Counted from the stretch's first letter, positions 23,959 through 36,616 are shown. The stretch: 50,720 nucleotides of DNA from Podarcis gaigeae (GCA_964106915.2 OZ066915.1), one strand, 5' to 3'. The notes: generated from the sequence alone by a model not told the origin. Translations and numbers: made by a program.

Positions 23959-24220
23959 CAGTGGTGATCGGCAGGGTACACATGTCGAAGTGTTGCACAC
24001 CTGGTTTCCCAATGCCAAGTGCTGCTGCCACTTCCTGGGAGGTAAAAGGGAAGATGCAAGGCATGCAGAGTTAGGCACAGTGCAGGCATGGTGGCAGAAC
24101 AACTCCTCTGCTCCTGCCACCCCTCCTGTACTTCTGTGAGCTCCCCATGCCTCCCTCCTCTTCCTCTCTGTAAGCAGCAACAACATGTAGGCACATAGCG
24201 CCTGCACTGCCCCACTACTG
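23959..24220. mobile_element. Possible old hAT MITE
   Basis: CAGTGGTG...CACTACTG termini; flanks GTTCCAAC and CTTCCAGT match only partly. Confidence 0.35.
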
Positions 24221-24292
24221 CTTCCAGTTTTTCCCTACCATGTACTTTTCACCTGGCCCAGGTGAGCTTCTAGATTCATGCTACCTATGGTT

Positions 24293-24635
24293 GGGACGCG
24301 GGTGACGCTGTGGGTTAAACCACAGAGCCTAGGACTTGCCGATCAGAAGGTCGGTGGTTCAAATCCCCGCGATGGGGTGAGCTCCCGTTGCTTGGTCCCT
24401 GTTCCTGCCAACCTAGCAGTTTGAAAGCACATCAAAGTGCAAGTAGATAAGTAGGTCGGCGGGAAGGTAAATGGCATTTCCGTGTGCTGCACTGGTTCGC
24501 CAGAAGCGGCTTAGTCCTGCTGGCCACATGACACGGCAGCTGTACGCCGGCTCCCTCGGCCAATAAAGTGAGATGAGTGCCGCAACCCCAGAGTCGGCCA
24601 CGACTGGACCTAATGGTCAGTGGTCCCTTTACTTT
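24293..24635 (+). mobile_element. Sauria SINE, full length
   Basis: GGGACGCGGGTGACGCTGTGG head; 10-bp TSD TACCTATGGT at 24282-24291 and 24636-24645. Confidence 0.95.
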
Positions 24636-24856
24636 TACCTATGGTCAGGTCTGAAAACTGAACTGGGCAGCCAGCAGCTGATTCGTCTGACAGAATAGCA
24701 CTCCCAGCGCAATGTAACCTTCGGAACACTTTTTCTAATTGTAACCACTTGCAGCAAAAATAAAACTAATTCAAAGCAAATTCTGTGGATTTCCTCTCAG
24801 AGAATTATCACAGTCTGTTACACACTGCTGACCTTGGCTTATGGCAGCCAAACTAC

Positions 24857-26070
24857 TCAGTGGCAAGTAGACTTCAACACTTTCTCCATCGGTCTGCTAC
24901 CTACTTTCTCTCTCCACCCAGTGCTGAGACTCATAAGCTTTGTCATTTTGTGGAAATGGCTGTGATGCTCTAGATCTTTTACATCAGATACATCAGCACT
25001 AATCAAATTGCTGCCAGTCTCCGGTGCCTCTTTTGAAAGCGGTTGCCATTGCCATTCATCACTAAGTCCAGTTAATTCAGGCAATCTTCCTGATCCATGG
25101 CCTCGCAGATCCAATGGTAATATTTCATGCTGTCGGATATTTCCCTCTAATAATGAGCTCACCCACTGAACATTCAAGCAGAGGACACACATACATTTTT
25201 CAGTAATTGGAGTCGCCCAGTTCAATGAACTCCCCTCTCTATCAGCAATGAGAACTGCTGTTCTTGAAATACAGTCATCATTGTGATGCGGCACAAGAAA
25301 GGAGTGTGGTACACTCCTCCCAACTTCTGATTCACCAAATAGTCTAACTCAGTCTCATCTTCCATTAAAAGTTTTATCCAGTAAAACCGGGTGTGAGTAG
25401 CTACCCCCAATTTTTTTATCGCTGTTCTCATTCTTTATGCATTCCAGAAAATATCAATAACCAATTGCCAATTCTTGCCCATTACAGTTTCTTTAAGCTC
25501 TCTGAACTGTGCTTTCTTTCCTCGTTTTCAAATATGAACCCACTTTAATTCTGCACATTGATCGTCTTTTCAGTCTTCTTATTTCCCATCTATAACCTTT
25601 TTCTTCTATCTGCTGCTCATCTTGTTTGTTTCGCCTTTCACTTCCATCTGCTCATTTCTCTTCTTCTTCTCCCTCCCCTCCTGCCACACTTCCCAGCTTC
25701 CTTTTCCTTAGAATATTGGTTTCAAAATTCTTATTTTGGTCTGTAAGTGTTTACATGCTGTTGCTCTTGTTTATCTTTAATTTATTCTTCTTCGGTTCTC
25801 ACACACCCACACATGCCTGCTTTGTTCTATTCCTTCTTTGTTATTTTGTAAAGCATTTTTGCATCATTTCCTCATTCAGTTGCTTTTGGAATTCTGTCCC
25901 TCCTAGGATTCTGGCTTCCCCATTGCTTACATTATTTCAAAAGCACTTAAATAAAACACATATTTTCTTTCTCCTCCTCCTTTCTCTTGTTTTGGTGTTT
26001 GAGACTTACACTTATATTGTGAGCCTCCAGATAGGGTCTACCCTTTTCTAATTGTTCCTCCCCCTATACA
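24857..26070 (-). pseudogene. Decayed coding-like tract of unknown origin (TE ORF, retrocopy or endogenous viral element)
   Basis: Overlapping minus ORFs 25222-25431 and 24857-25294 (145 aa) chain by one frameshift and extend upstream through scattered stops into a K/E/R-rich frame; strong purine skew on the minus strand; no recognisable domain. Confidence 0.4.
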
Positions 26071-26104
26071 TTGCTTAATTGGAGATAAAAATTCTACAGT
26101 GTAC

Positions 26105-26310
26105 TGTAGGACTGCACCCAATGCTGTCTATGTATGAGCAGAATGAACTTCTGTTTGCACAATGGGACTTCCTCTCCTCCCCACTTCAGCCCCCTGCATA
26201 CCCACAGAATCTGCTTCCTCTGATTCAGAAGGTGCAAGGGGCGGGAGAGGAATGTGAATTTGCACCGAACAAATGGGAGCTCACTTGCACAGCACTGGAT
26301 TCTATCTAGT
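26105..26310. mobile_element. Degenerate palindromic MITE
   Basis: Related to 21020-21185 (TTGCACAATGGGACTTCCTCTCCTCCCC..CAGAATCTGCT). Confidence 0.45.
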
Positions 26311-26456
26311 CTACTGTACATATAGAAGTGTATCTGCAGTCTGAAGCAGTTTTGCTGAGTGATGCAGCACCAGCTTAAATCAACATAACTCCAGTCCATA
26401 TAAACCCTTCCATGTGTCTGTGGCAGATGTCAAGGGGAGCTAGAATTCCTTATAGA

Positions 26457-26635
26457 GATAGGGGTGGAATTTGCTTCAGTTTGCAATTACAGGTGGACTT
26501 ACCTTCCATATTTGCCCTTTACAAGGCAACTGAAAGATGTGGGGACCAAAACATAGTCATCTTTCAAAATTTGCACTACTCTGAATTTTGCAGTGCTGTT
26601 CTCCATCAAAGTAATATGCACAAAAATGCATTGAG
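26457..26635 (+). mobile_element. Interspersed squamate repeat, copy 2
   Basis: Reverse-complement homologue of 11745-11930 (CATCTTTCAAAATTTGCACTACTCTGAATTTTGCAGTGCTGTTCTCC). Confidence 0.65.
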
Positions 26636-28270
26636 GTGGCAATTAGCTGGTTGGAAAAAAGAAGGGAGGGGGAGGTACAAGATAAATAATACTCCCCTAG
26701 TTGTTGGTGGTTTTTTAAAGCCATCAATAGCACAAATAAACTGAAGCTACATGATAACCAATCTATTCTACAATCTTTCCATCGGTATCTCTGATTAAAA
26801 GGCTTTGGATCAATGGTCCAGATTCCACATTTCTTGTCCTCAAAGTCTCCATTGAGTTCTGCCTCATTTAAATCAATGGCAGCTCTACAATATGATTGAG
26901 ATCATGAAATATCTATGCCTGTCTATCTGATTAAGCTAACAAAAAAATAATATTTCGGGGGAAATCATAATAAATCCTCTTGTATACATGGTGTGGGAAG
27001 GAGAGGTAGGGGGAAAGGGAGAGTGTGAGTTGTTCTTATTTGCTAGAGTCAAAGTTATCTTCCTACCCTAATTCTAAGTCTGAATAATGTTGCTCCATAG
27101 AAGTGGTTCACCCAGTGGGGCAGAATCACAGCAACAGCCTCCCAACAGAGGTGGGAGAGAGAGGCAAGGAAATGGCAAGGAGGGTGTGGCACAGGCACAC
27201 TAACAGAGTCAATCCAGTGTGCCTAATTTTGCATCCACACAACCCTGGCCTCCATGCCACCTCTGCCTGCCAGTACGTGATAACCGTGGCTTCAGTTTTG
27301 CCTCACCAGGTGAACTGTTCCTGATGCTTTAAGGGTTCAGTGTGTAATTACCAGTCTGTTTTAACTCTTAGCTTTTCTCAAGTGATTTACTTAATTAATA
27401 AGTCATACTCTGTCACTCTGCATCATTGTTATCTAGTGTCTGTGGGCAGTGGGAACTCCACCCCAAAAATCAACAGTTGCTGATCAGCCTTCCTTGAGGC
27501 ATCACATCTAATTTAGGTTATCATGAAATAATCAGGACAACGAATATTTCAGGACATCAGAAGAGTATTGCATTACTGCATAAATGTAATATATAATTTA
27601 AAAAGAAATGTCATCCTTCATGGCAAGAAACTCTGGATAGAAGCTTTCCATTTATTTGTAGAATCATCTTCCATTATGCTTACTGGATTTCAATCCCCTA
27701 CAAGCACTCCTTCTATAACACATCAAGAAATGGAAATTCCATTTAGACATTAGTGCTCCATCCTAAAACATTCACTTCCATTAGTCAGTGTGATCTGTTG
27801 CAATAATTTTAAAGGTTTAAGTTTCCTGTACTATTTGATAGTCTTGTATATTGCATTAACAGCATCCCCAACCACCATTAGCCAATGCTGTCTGTAAAAT
27901 ATATATGACATTTCATTTTATGAGCAGGAGAAGAGATACAAAGCCTTCAACAAGCTATAGGATTTAAGTTTTATGTTCTCGGCTATATACTATTCTTGGT
28001 GACATTAATACAAAATCAAAGATAAAGCTTTTGAAGTCAGTGAATCTACTTGATAAAAACCTAGATTAATAAAATATAAGATATAATCTGACCAGCTACA
28101 TTTGAGATAAGCTCTGTTGAGGCATGCTCCTCAGAGAACTGGCAGTGTAGGCATATCTTTGAAAAGTGATTCCACTGACATGCAAACATGCTATTTAACT
28201 AGGTAGGAAGGTATAAAAGTACATAAGAGAGAGTGGGGAGTTTTAAAGCAACTGGTAGAATCTATGCAAA

Positions 28271-28492
28271 TTAGTCTGGAGATATTTTGTGAGTTCCCAA
28301 ATAGCTACTAAAGATGTGCCTACAGCTGTTAAAATGCCCGTCAAAGTCAAGACAACTTAGATGTGTTTCCATTTTTCAAACTTGGTCTAGAGATATTGTG
28401 TGAATTCCCACACAGGTCCTTAAAAGGTGCAGACACCTGTTAAAATGCCCCTTGGAATCAAGACATCTTCACTTGTGTTCATTTTTCAAAGT
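28271..28492. repeat. Diverged two-copy tandem duplication, ~111-bp period
   Basis: GTCT.GAGATATT.TGTGA.TTCCCA..CTGTTAAAATGCCC..TCAAGACA..CATTTTTCAAA occurs twice. Confidence 0.85.
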
Positions 28493-30739
28493 TACTCTGT
28501 CATTCTCCAATAGCTTTGTTTATGCATTTCTGTCTCTTTAGCCTATGAATTGTTGGGAAGAAGTGTTGGCAAAATGTTTTGTTTTCTATCATTGGTGAAA
28601 ATTCTTGGTATTGTTTATGAGCCCAAATGCAAAGTGCACTTCACAAATCACAAATGTTTTCTTCACCCTTCATCACCAAACACCCCTATTTGGGGGTGAG
28701 TTTTTTCACCCCTCTTCAAAAGGATGTGAAAATGTTTTCAACGTGGCGGGTGGCACTAAGAGAAGAGGAAAGGTGTTGCCAAAGAAATGGTAGCATGTAG
28801 ATAGCTGACATCTGCATCCAGATGCATATCCTAATTATGGATGTCCATCCACACTGCATCCCTTTTCAGCGGGATGCGTTTCTGGATGCACAACTGAATA
28901 TGCACTCTTGCTCATGTTTATGCCTGACTACACTCAACTAGAGTGGAACTGGGCTGAATCTTATTGTACAGTGCTTGCAGGAAATGAAAGTACAATGGAG
29001 CAAGGCAGGGAGCCTTTCTCTGTGATGGGCATAATATGAAATCACATACTCCTCTTCCCTATTCAGAGTGAGGGAACTGGAAGGGCTTTGCAATGACACT
29101 GTAATACAATGACTCTGTAATAGAACTATGTGATGCTTTCATGTCATCATGGTCACTGTGTGATCTCTGATTGGATGGGCCTTTCAAAAAAAAAAAAAAA
29201 AGCCAAAGCCACAGCAGATAAGGTGAAAGAGGTGCAGAAGTTGGGGGGGAATTGAAATGTGGGGTTTGACAAGGAAGGGGGGGTACCTAGACTTATTCTG
29301 CTTGGTACCCCAGGTCCATGCCCATTCAACAGCAACCATCTAGATTCGGGATACAATTCACTATGATATACTATGCATTAGACTATACCCTCTGCAAACT
29401 TGAGAGGTATGCTTATGAACATATATTATTCATCTGAATCAAACTCATATTTTTTTTTCAAAATGCCAAAGTTTCCTGTGAGCAGGACTGAATCTTAAAT
29501 GATAGTTTGTAGGGAATTTAATAAGCAACACAGAATATAAAAAACACATAAACGGTATGGTTTGTTGTAGTCAATAGCGCATTACAAAGACTGTCAAAGA
29601 CAATAAATATACAAAATCTGAACAATGCATATTTTCATATATTAATGCACTTCAGGGTTCTTTGTCAAGCCTTTCACAGAAGTGAAATAAAAAGGGGAAA
29701 ACATTAAGCTTTTTTTATGGTAATGCCAATAAATCTTTGGAATAGAAGATTAGGCTGCACTCTGTGCTCTTTCCCAATAAATCCCGCCCCATCATTTTAG
29801 TTTATTCCAACTCAAAATGAGGGGGGGAAATGAGCTGTTTACAGCAGCAGTAAATAAAGCCTTCTCTTTTTTGCCAACTTTTATCCTTAATTTATGCTGC
29901 TTTTATATTTTGCTTCAATATGAAAATTAAGATCTGCTCTGCCCTCTAGCTCTGCTACTGTTGGCTTTAAAAAAATTCCATTTGTGTGTGCCACCATTTA
30001 TGTACCATTTCCTTTTCCATTTTAAATTCTAGATTTATTCTTCTATCAGTTATTTATTTAGGCCCTTCAGTAAATTGATTTCTCTCCTTATGTGTACAGT
30101 GTCCACGATAAACAGATTAACATGGATGAACCTCATTTCTCCATTTGTTTGATCTCCAACTTTTTTGTTTACCGTTTCAAACCCTCCTTATACAATCAAG
30201 CAATTCCTCAATCAGTGCCTCATTTAATGTAGTAATAGGTAGTATTGGGTCTATTAAATTATAGTATACCTGAATAAAATGTTATTGACTGGTATAGGTG
30301 ATTTGGCGGTATGCAGAATGACAGCATCAGGTTCTTGGGAAGGAGATTTTCCTCTTGCTTCATATAAGAAATAAGGAAACTAGATCTGATGTTTGTTTAT
30401 TCAAATGTTTGCCCCATTCAATATATAAACCATGGGATAGAGGATTTTCTTTTTCAACAAAAATGTTGTGCAGATGAGGGAAACCAAATCCTCAGCATTA
30501 CTGAGGATCTTGGGTTAACTGGCACTCCTTCTGTCTGGCACTGTTTGCTTATAACTTAATAAATAGCCATTTGCATTTCCTAACGTTAAGCATCGTTATC
30601 CCTAGTTTTCACATGCGTCATCTGTCATCCAAGTCCCAATATGGGTGGCTTGAGATAACCTGGTTTCATTTGTCTTTGTTCTTCACCTTTGCCCTCTGGA
30701 GACAATCCAATCAGTCTGTGGTGAGAAACTTGAACATAT

Positions 30740-31345
30740 GTCATACCAGGCCTTCAAGGGACCCACTGGGTTTTCCTTTAGGTACAACAAACTCTGCGCC
30801 ACCCTGAAGAGTTCTCCTGGATTCCTGATGATGCAATGGAGGCAGCAAAGTATGCCTTCTTTGCTGCCATCACTGCCTGATGGTAGGCATGATGATGCAC
30901 AGTTTTTGGTAAACCTCAGAAAACAATTTCATCCAGCTGCACTCTATGTGTTGTCTGGCCTGTTTCACTGCTCACAAGTCCCTGGAGTGCCAGGGAGCTC
31001 AACAAGCTCCATGAAGCCAAGAAGACATTCGGGAGCTATCGTGTCTACAACCTTTCACATCTTACCATACCACAGAGAGACCAGAACCGTGATAGGATCA
31101 CCAACTCTATCCACTAGGAAATCCCACAGAGCATTCAGGAATTCAGCAGATTGAATAAAACTTTGGGCAAAGGCCATCCAAAAGTGTCCCCCAACCCTGC
31201 AGATGAAATGTGTACCACAAGCTCAAACATCACTAGCAAGTAGTCTGCCCATGTCAGTGGGGTCACCATGATCCTCCCCAATTACCAGACACAAGCTGTA
31301 AAACCTGGAGCAAAGACTACACTAAGGATATGTAAGTGCAGACTT
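30740..31345 (-). mobile_element. Old L2-clade LINE fragment (endonuclease-RT linker)
   Basis: Minus translation LNALWDFLVDRVGDPITVLVSLWYGKM*KVVDTIAPE...NPGELFRVAQSLL matches the L2 DPVE.LV.LWN.EM..AIDTIAP..PAELFRV pattern. Confidence 0.7.
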
Positions 31346-31600
31346 GGGTCTTTCAAATTTCAGTGGCCCCCGGTGCGAGGCCAAAATTTGGTGCCCCCCT
31401 GCCTCTCACCTTCTGGTTTGCTCAATTCACTACATCATAGTTGCAACGCCCTGCAACACCCCCTAAGCTCAGTGCTCAGTACAGGCAGTGCCGGATTTAT
31501 GTATAGGCTAAGTAGGCTGAAGCCTAGGGCCTCTAAGTCTAGGAGGCCTTGCCAGCTTTTCTTCTTTTAAAGAAAAGTTCCAGGGTGGCAACAGAAAGCA
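31343..31600. mobile_element. hAT-like MITE fragments
   Basis: 31343-31480 is homologous to 34711-34875; CAGTGCCGGATTTATGTATAGGCTAAGTAGGCTGAAGCCTAGGGCC at 31486 is a Tip100-like terminus. Confidence 0.5.
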
Positions 31601-33029
31601 AACTAAAAATGCTTTTGCAGTTTATCAAAACTATCCAGCAATATCAAGTTATAGGAAAACTGGTGCTATTAACAGCAATCCTTCTAATTGGTTTATTTGT
31701 TCAGCAACTTCCATGCACATGATGTGTGATGCTAATTATTTCCCCCAAGATTTAAATGATAACTAATCAGAGGCAGGTACAGGAGAGCTATGAGATTCAG
31801 GTGAGGGTCAGATGCCTTGTCAATCCCAGCAGGTATATAAGAGGATGACCCGGCCTGCCCAGGCCCCCACAGAGGTGATGGGCATTCCCATTCAAATAGT
31901 GTGTGTGCACTATGTCATGGGATCAGTTATGCAGGATGGGGCTGCCTAGGGGTGCACAGCTAAACATATCTGGGTGATATTTGCCACATAAATTTATCCA
32001 TATTTCAATAATGCCAGGGTGGGAAACTTCTGCCATCAAAGCCAAAACTGTAGCCCATATATCATATGTAATGTCAGGTATAGGGCACAGTTGGATCAGC
32101 TGAGGTTATGCCGACATTTTCCCAAAACCTCCTGCATTTGTTGTTCATTCTGCTTGCTTCTCCTTGTATACTAGCTGAGATTGAGTTGGCATTTCAGACT
32201 CCTCTTTCTACCAAGCCAAGCCCTCTCTGGCTCAGCTGCATTTATACCCAGCTATGTTAAATCTAGTGAGGTGTGGCATTCAGGGTTATTCCCAGCTTCT
32301 TCCCCACATTAACTGTACTTTGCCAGAAGTATAAAGGAGCCAAGATAGGTCAGTTCTTGAACAGCCAGAAATTGTCTATGAAACCAAGGCACACAGCCAA
32401 GCAATTGCATGCTGGAATTATGAGTAGTATCCCAAGAGCCACAAGAGGCCTGTATAACCTGTGATCCATTAGATATAAAGAATTAGACATTTATAAGGCT
32501 TTATTTTCATAGTTTCTTACTTATTTAGCAGTCTCATTTGACCTTGGGTTTTATTCACCACTGACCACTTCTTACTAGCTTACGCCTCTTGTTAATAAGA
32601 TTAGTTTTGGTTCAATATGACTGTCTAATTAATAGGCTTCCTTTGAGAGGGTTCTGTCCTAGGCTGACTTTAGGTCTTATTGCAATTTCATGAATATGTT
32701 CAGATAACAAGCCTTCTTGCCCAAGCTTCCTTTCTCAAGTCTTGGTGTCTGTAGCTCCAAATGCCTGATAGCCATCTACTGGATGAAGATAATTAGCTTT
32801 CAATTAATGCTAACTTTTTACCTTTTCTTGTGGTAGACCTCAGGAAGTTCCAACTTGTCCAATTAGCACATATTTTGCTCTTTTCCCAGTGACACAAAGT
32901 GTGGAAGCAGCCTTCTACTTTAGAGTTAGTGACTCTGTTCTTCCATTGCCATTTCACTCTCACTAAAAATCACAGCATTTGGGATAGCAAAGTAAAAAGT
33001 TGAAGCCTGGCTGTCATGTGTATTGTTAT

Positions 33030-33325
33030 TACTAATAATAAATTTGTATAACACCTTTCATCCGTAGATCTCAGGGTGGTTCACAACATAAAATTACAAT
33101 ATAAAAACCACAAAATACATAATAAAATTAAGTACAACCAAACAATAATCCCCCCTCCCACAACATATTGAAAAGAGCATTGGACGTCAATCAGCCAAAG
33201 GCTGTTTCAAAGGTTGAAGAAGAACATTGTTGTCTAGTGTATAAAGGTGTCTAATGAGGGCTCCCGCTGAACCTCCCTGGGGAGAGCATTCCACAAATGG
33301 GGAGCCCCTGTGAAAAAGGCCCATT
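33030..33325 (-). mobile_element. L2 3' end fragment
   Basis: TTTGTATAACACCTTTCATCC..TCAGGGTGGTTCACAAC..CCTCCCTGGGGAGAGCATTCCACAAATGGGGAGCC..GAAAAAGGCCC. Confidence 0.75.
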
Positions 33326-34198
33326 CAGCTTCGGTCATTAAGTATAAATCATTTGCATAATTTATTATGCCATGGTTGGTGGAAAAATAAATAGTTTAGG
33401 ATTTGAGACACCAGGAGAATAAAATATTGAGACCTAATATTGGGAGGAACATAGCAGGGATGAAGTCACATGCAACTCTACTTTCCCCATAATACTTGTC
33501 CCCATCATTTCCCTAAAAGAAGACAAGAGGAAGCTGTTTGATGAGACTATCCAAATGAGAGTTCCCTTTTCTATTTAAACTTTTTTTTTAAAAAAAAAAG
33601 TATTAAACCTCTGTTCAATATACCTGAAGTACACTCTGTAAATTTTCAATTGTGCCATCTCAGTACCAGAGGAGAGATCTACTGATGCTCTTACTGAAGA
33701 TCAGAATGTCAAAATAACTAAATGCTCACAAATTATGAAGTTCAGGTTGATAATATTAATGCTGCAATCCTGTACCAACTTACCCATTGAACTGCTCAGT
33801 AGACATGTAGGATTGCACTCTTAATCAATTAAGCTGTTGCAGCTAAACTTTAAAAATATTTTGATCAGCTTAAAAGGTGCCTCTGATTCATCAGCTTAAA
33901 AAGGGTTTTAACAGGAAAGTAGGTTTTTTAAAAAAAAACATGTGGAAAAGACATCCCTTCCTTATCTCGCACACAGGCAAGAATGCCTCTTCTAAAATGG
34001 TGCCTGCTGCGTGATACATGCACGCATCATCTAAGAACAAAGGAAGCACACTTTCTTGTTTAAAACAAATGTTTTGTTTATATGCAAATTTATGCAGGTT
34101 TAATTGGCTAATTAATCAGTTAAAGCTTATACCATTAATCAACTAATACTTCTTTCATTTTGTTTCAGCTCTAGTTCTTGATGTGAATGTGCCTTAAG

Positions 34199-35178
34199 AA
34201 GGGCTGCAGCCCAGTGGGAAAATGCATGCTCTGCACATAGATGGTCCTTGGTTCAGTCTCTGGCATCCTCAGACAAGACTGCAAATTACGCTTGTCTGAA
34301 ACCCCAAAGAGCTGCTGCTGCTGCTCATTGTATTGTCTACGCTGTAGGCCAGGAGAGGGAAACATTTTTTTTCCAGCCACACTCCCTGCTGGTCAATCTT
34401 CTGGGAGCCACATGACAGTGGTGGGTGGGGCCAGAGGCAAATGTGGGGAGAGAAAAGGAATGTGGATTTTACCTTTGTACAGCAGGCTAATTTCTATGCA
34501 CACTTTCTGCAACAAGCAAGCAAGGATCATTATCATGGTTCAAGGATGCATTCCATCTGGGTGAAGACACTCAAGGAGATTGCAAAGCAAGGTCCATAAA
34601 GGGAATGCCCTAGGGAAATGAGGGTTTGGCTTGGGAGAATCTCAAGGACCAAATCGAGAGGTCTGGATTGCTGTATTTGGCATCAAACATAAGGTTCCCC
34701 ATCCCTGCTGCTGTGGCAAATCTTGGGGTCTCAGATTTCAGCAGTGACCTGTGTGACACCAAAATTCAGCACCCTCCTGCCTCTCACACTCCATTCTAAA
34801 TCATAGTTGCAGCATCCCCAAGGCTCTGCTCCCAGTGTGACCAAACAAGTCTCACTCCCCTAAATCTTTCTCTTGCCTGCTGTAGACAATACTAAGCTAG
34901 ATGAACCAATGATATGACTCAGGGGTCATTCAGACTTGCAGTTTCCCCATCACTTTCCCCTGGGAAAACCTGATCTTTACTGCTGAACCAGAACAAATGT
35001 CAGTTGAGTTTTCTCTGGATTGACATTTGCTCCAATTTCGCACTAAAGAGTTTCCTGGAGGAAGGCAAAGGCAAAACCTGTTGCAAAGGCACAACTGATC
35101 AGACCTGTGCTTTTAGGCACAAGCCCTCATTATAATGTGTGCATAAGCCCTCAGTATAATGCAACCTCCTACGTGCTG
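34199..35178 (+). mobile_element. Squam3-like tRNA-derived SINE split by three nested DNA-transposon insertions
   Basis: Head GGGCTGCAGCCCAGTGG..GGTTCAGTCTCTGGCATC (34201-34345), middle TGTAGACAATACTAAGCTAGATGAACCAATG..TGACTCA (34881-34921), tail GTATAATGCAACCTCCTA (35154-35171); inserts at 34350-34707, ~34711-34875 and 34922-35150. Confidence 0.7.
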
Positions 35179-36247
35179 CTATTGTCTGGATTGTCACAGT
35201 GCATAAAAAGAAGAGTATCCCCATGAAGCTGAAACTATGTACATGTGTCAGCATGGAGAACCAGCAATCCATTTCCTCTTCTCCAGTTTTTACTGTGGCC
35301 AGGGAAGGAACCCAACATTGACTCTGAACATGAATGGGAAAGGACTGAGAACTAAAACCAAGAAATAGGCAAATGATTCACTAGAAAAATTCTGATCTCT
35401 TTGTTCAGTTTGGCTATATGACAAATACTCTAGGTTAAAATCATGAATGCTGCAGGCTAGGAAACATTGTTTACCAACTCTCAGCTACCATAGTGTTCAT
35501 TTCAAGTCCAGTGCTTCAACCCGTGCACAGAAGGGAAAGGTTTTCATTTCTCCCCCATGATATTTTTGTTGCTCCATAGTTTAATGATAGAAAAATCTTC
35601 AACCTATATCTGCAGTGACTGAAAGAAACTGAAAATGCTTCAAACTGTACTTTCAGATTCAGAGGACAGCTGCTTGTAACTATTATTAATAAAATCAATT
35701 TCCCTTTTTTATTTTTACCCAAAAGAAAAAGATGTTTGTGTGCACTTTATTCAGAATAGCTCACCCTCTGGCACATCAACTGAAATGGTACAACTGAAAG
35801 TCACAAGGGTGTAATTCAGCCCATTTAAAATAGGTTCACTTTAGAGACGAGCTTGGAGGACCAATATCCAAAGCTCATTAAATAAATGTACCAGAAGATA
35901 TGATACATTTCCCACAGCCATCACTCATCAGACAAACTCTACACGAGTACAGCAGCCTCCCACTAGAGTTGTGAAGGTCAACAAAAGATGACCTTCAAGA
36001 AAATAGATGAAGGAAATATCAGAGCCATTAGCCCTACACAGGGAACTTCCTACTTTCAGTCTCTATGCTATCTGAAAGCAGAAGGGGAGTTCTGATTTTA
36101 GTTACAGCAAAGAATATTAAGGGTTGCAGTGGCAAAAAGGGAGAAAAATAAAGTCCTCAATTGATACTGAAAATTGAAATTGGTGCCTGCTCCTACCCCC
36201 CCTCCAAACTTCCCCATAGATATCCCCAAAGAACCCTAGGAATTATC

Positions 36248-36616
36248 AGAACACGGGTGGCACTGTGGTCTAAACCACTGAGCCTAGAGCTTGCCAATTG
36301 GAAGGTTGCGGTTTGAATCTTTGCAACGGGGTGAGCTCCTGTTGCTTGGTCCCTGCTCCTGCCAAACTAGCAATTCGAAAGCACGTCAAAGTGCAAGTAG
36401 ATAAATAGGTACTGCTGCAGCGGGACGGTAAACAGTGTTTCCGTGCGCTGCTCTGGTTAGCCAGAAGCAGCTTAATCATGCTGGCCACATGACCTGGAAA
36501 AACTGTCTGTGGACAAACGTCGGCTCCTTTGGCCAGGAAAGCGAGATGAGCGCCACAACTCCAGAGTCTTTCGCGACTGGACTTAACTGTCAGGGGTCCT
36601 TTTCCTTTACCTTTTT
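36248..36616 (+). mobile_element. Sauria SINE, near full length
   Basis: CGGGTGGCACTGTGGTCTAAACCACTGAGCCTAG..GTGCAAGTAGATAAATAGGTAC..ACTGGACTTAACTGTCAGGGGTCC and tail. Confidence 0.93.

Noticed and set aside
25626-26051. Hydrophobic 141-aa plus-strand ORF resembling a membrane protein
   Set aside because: F/L/S richness is the expected antisense shadow of the purine-rich minus strand.
30738-31154. 138-aa plus-strand ORF
   Set aside because: It is the antisense of a decayed L2 fragment.
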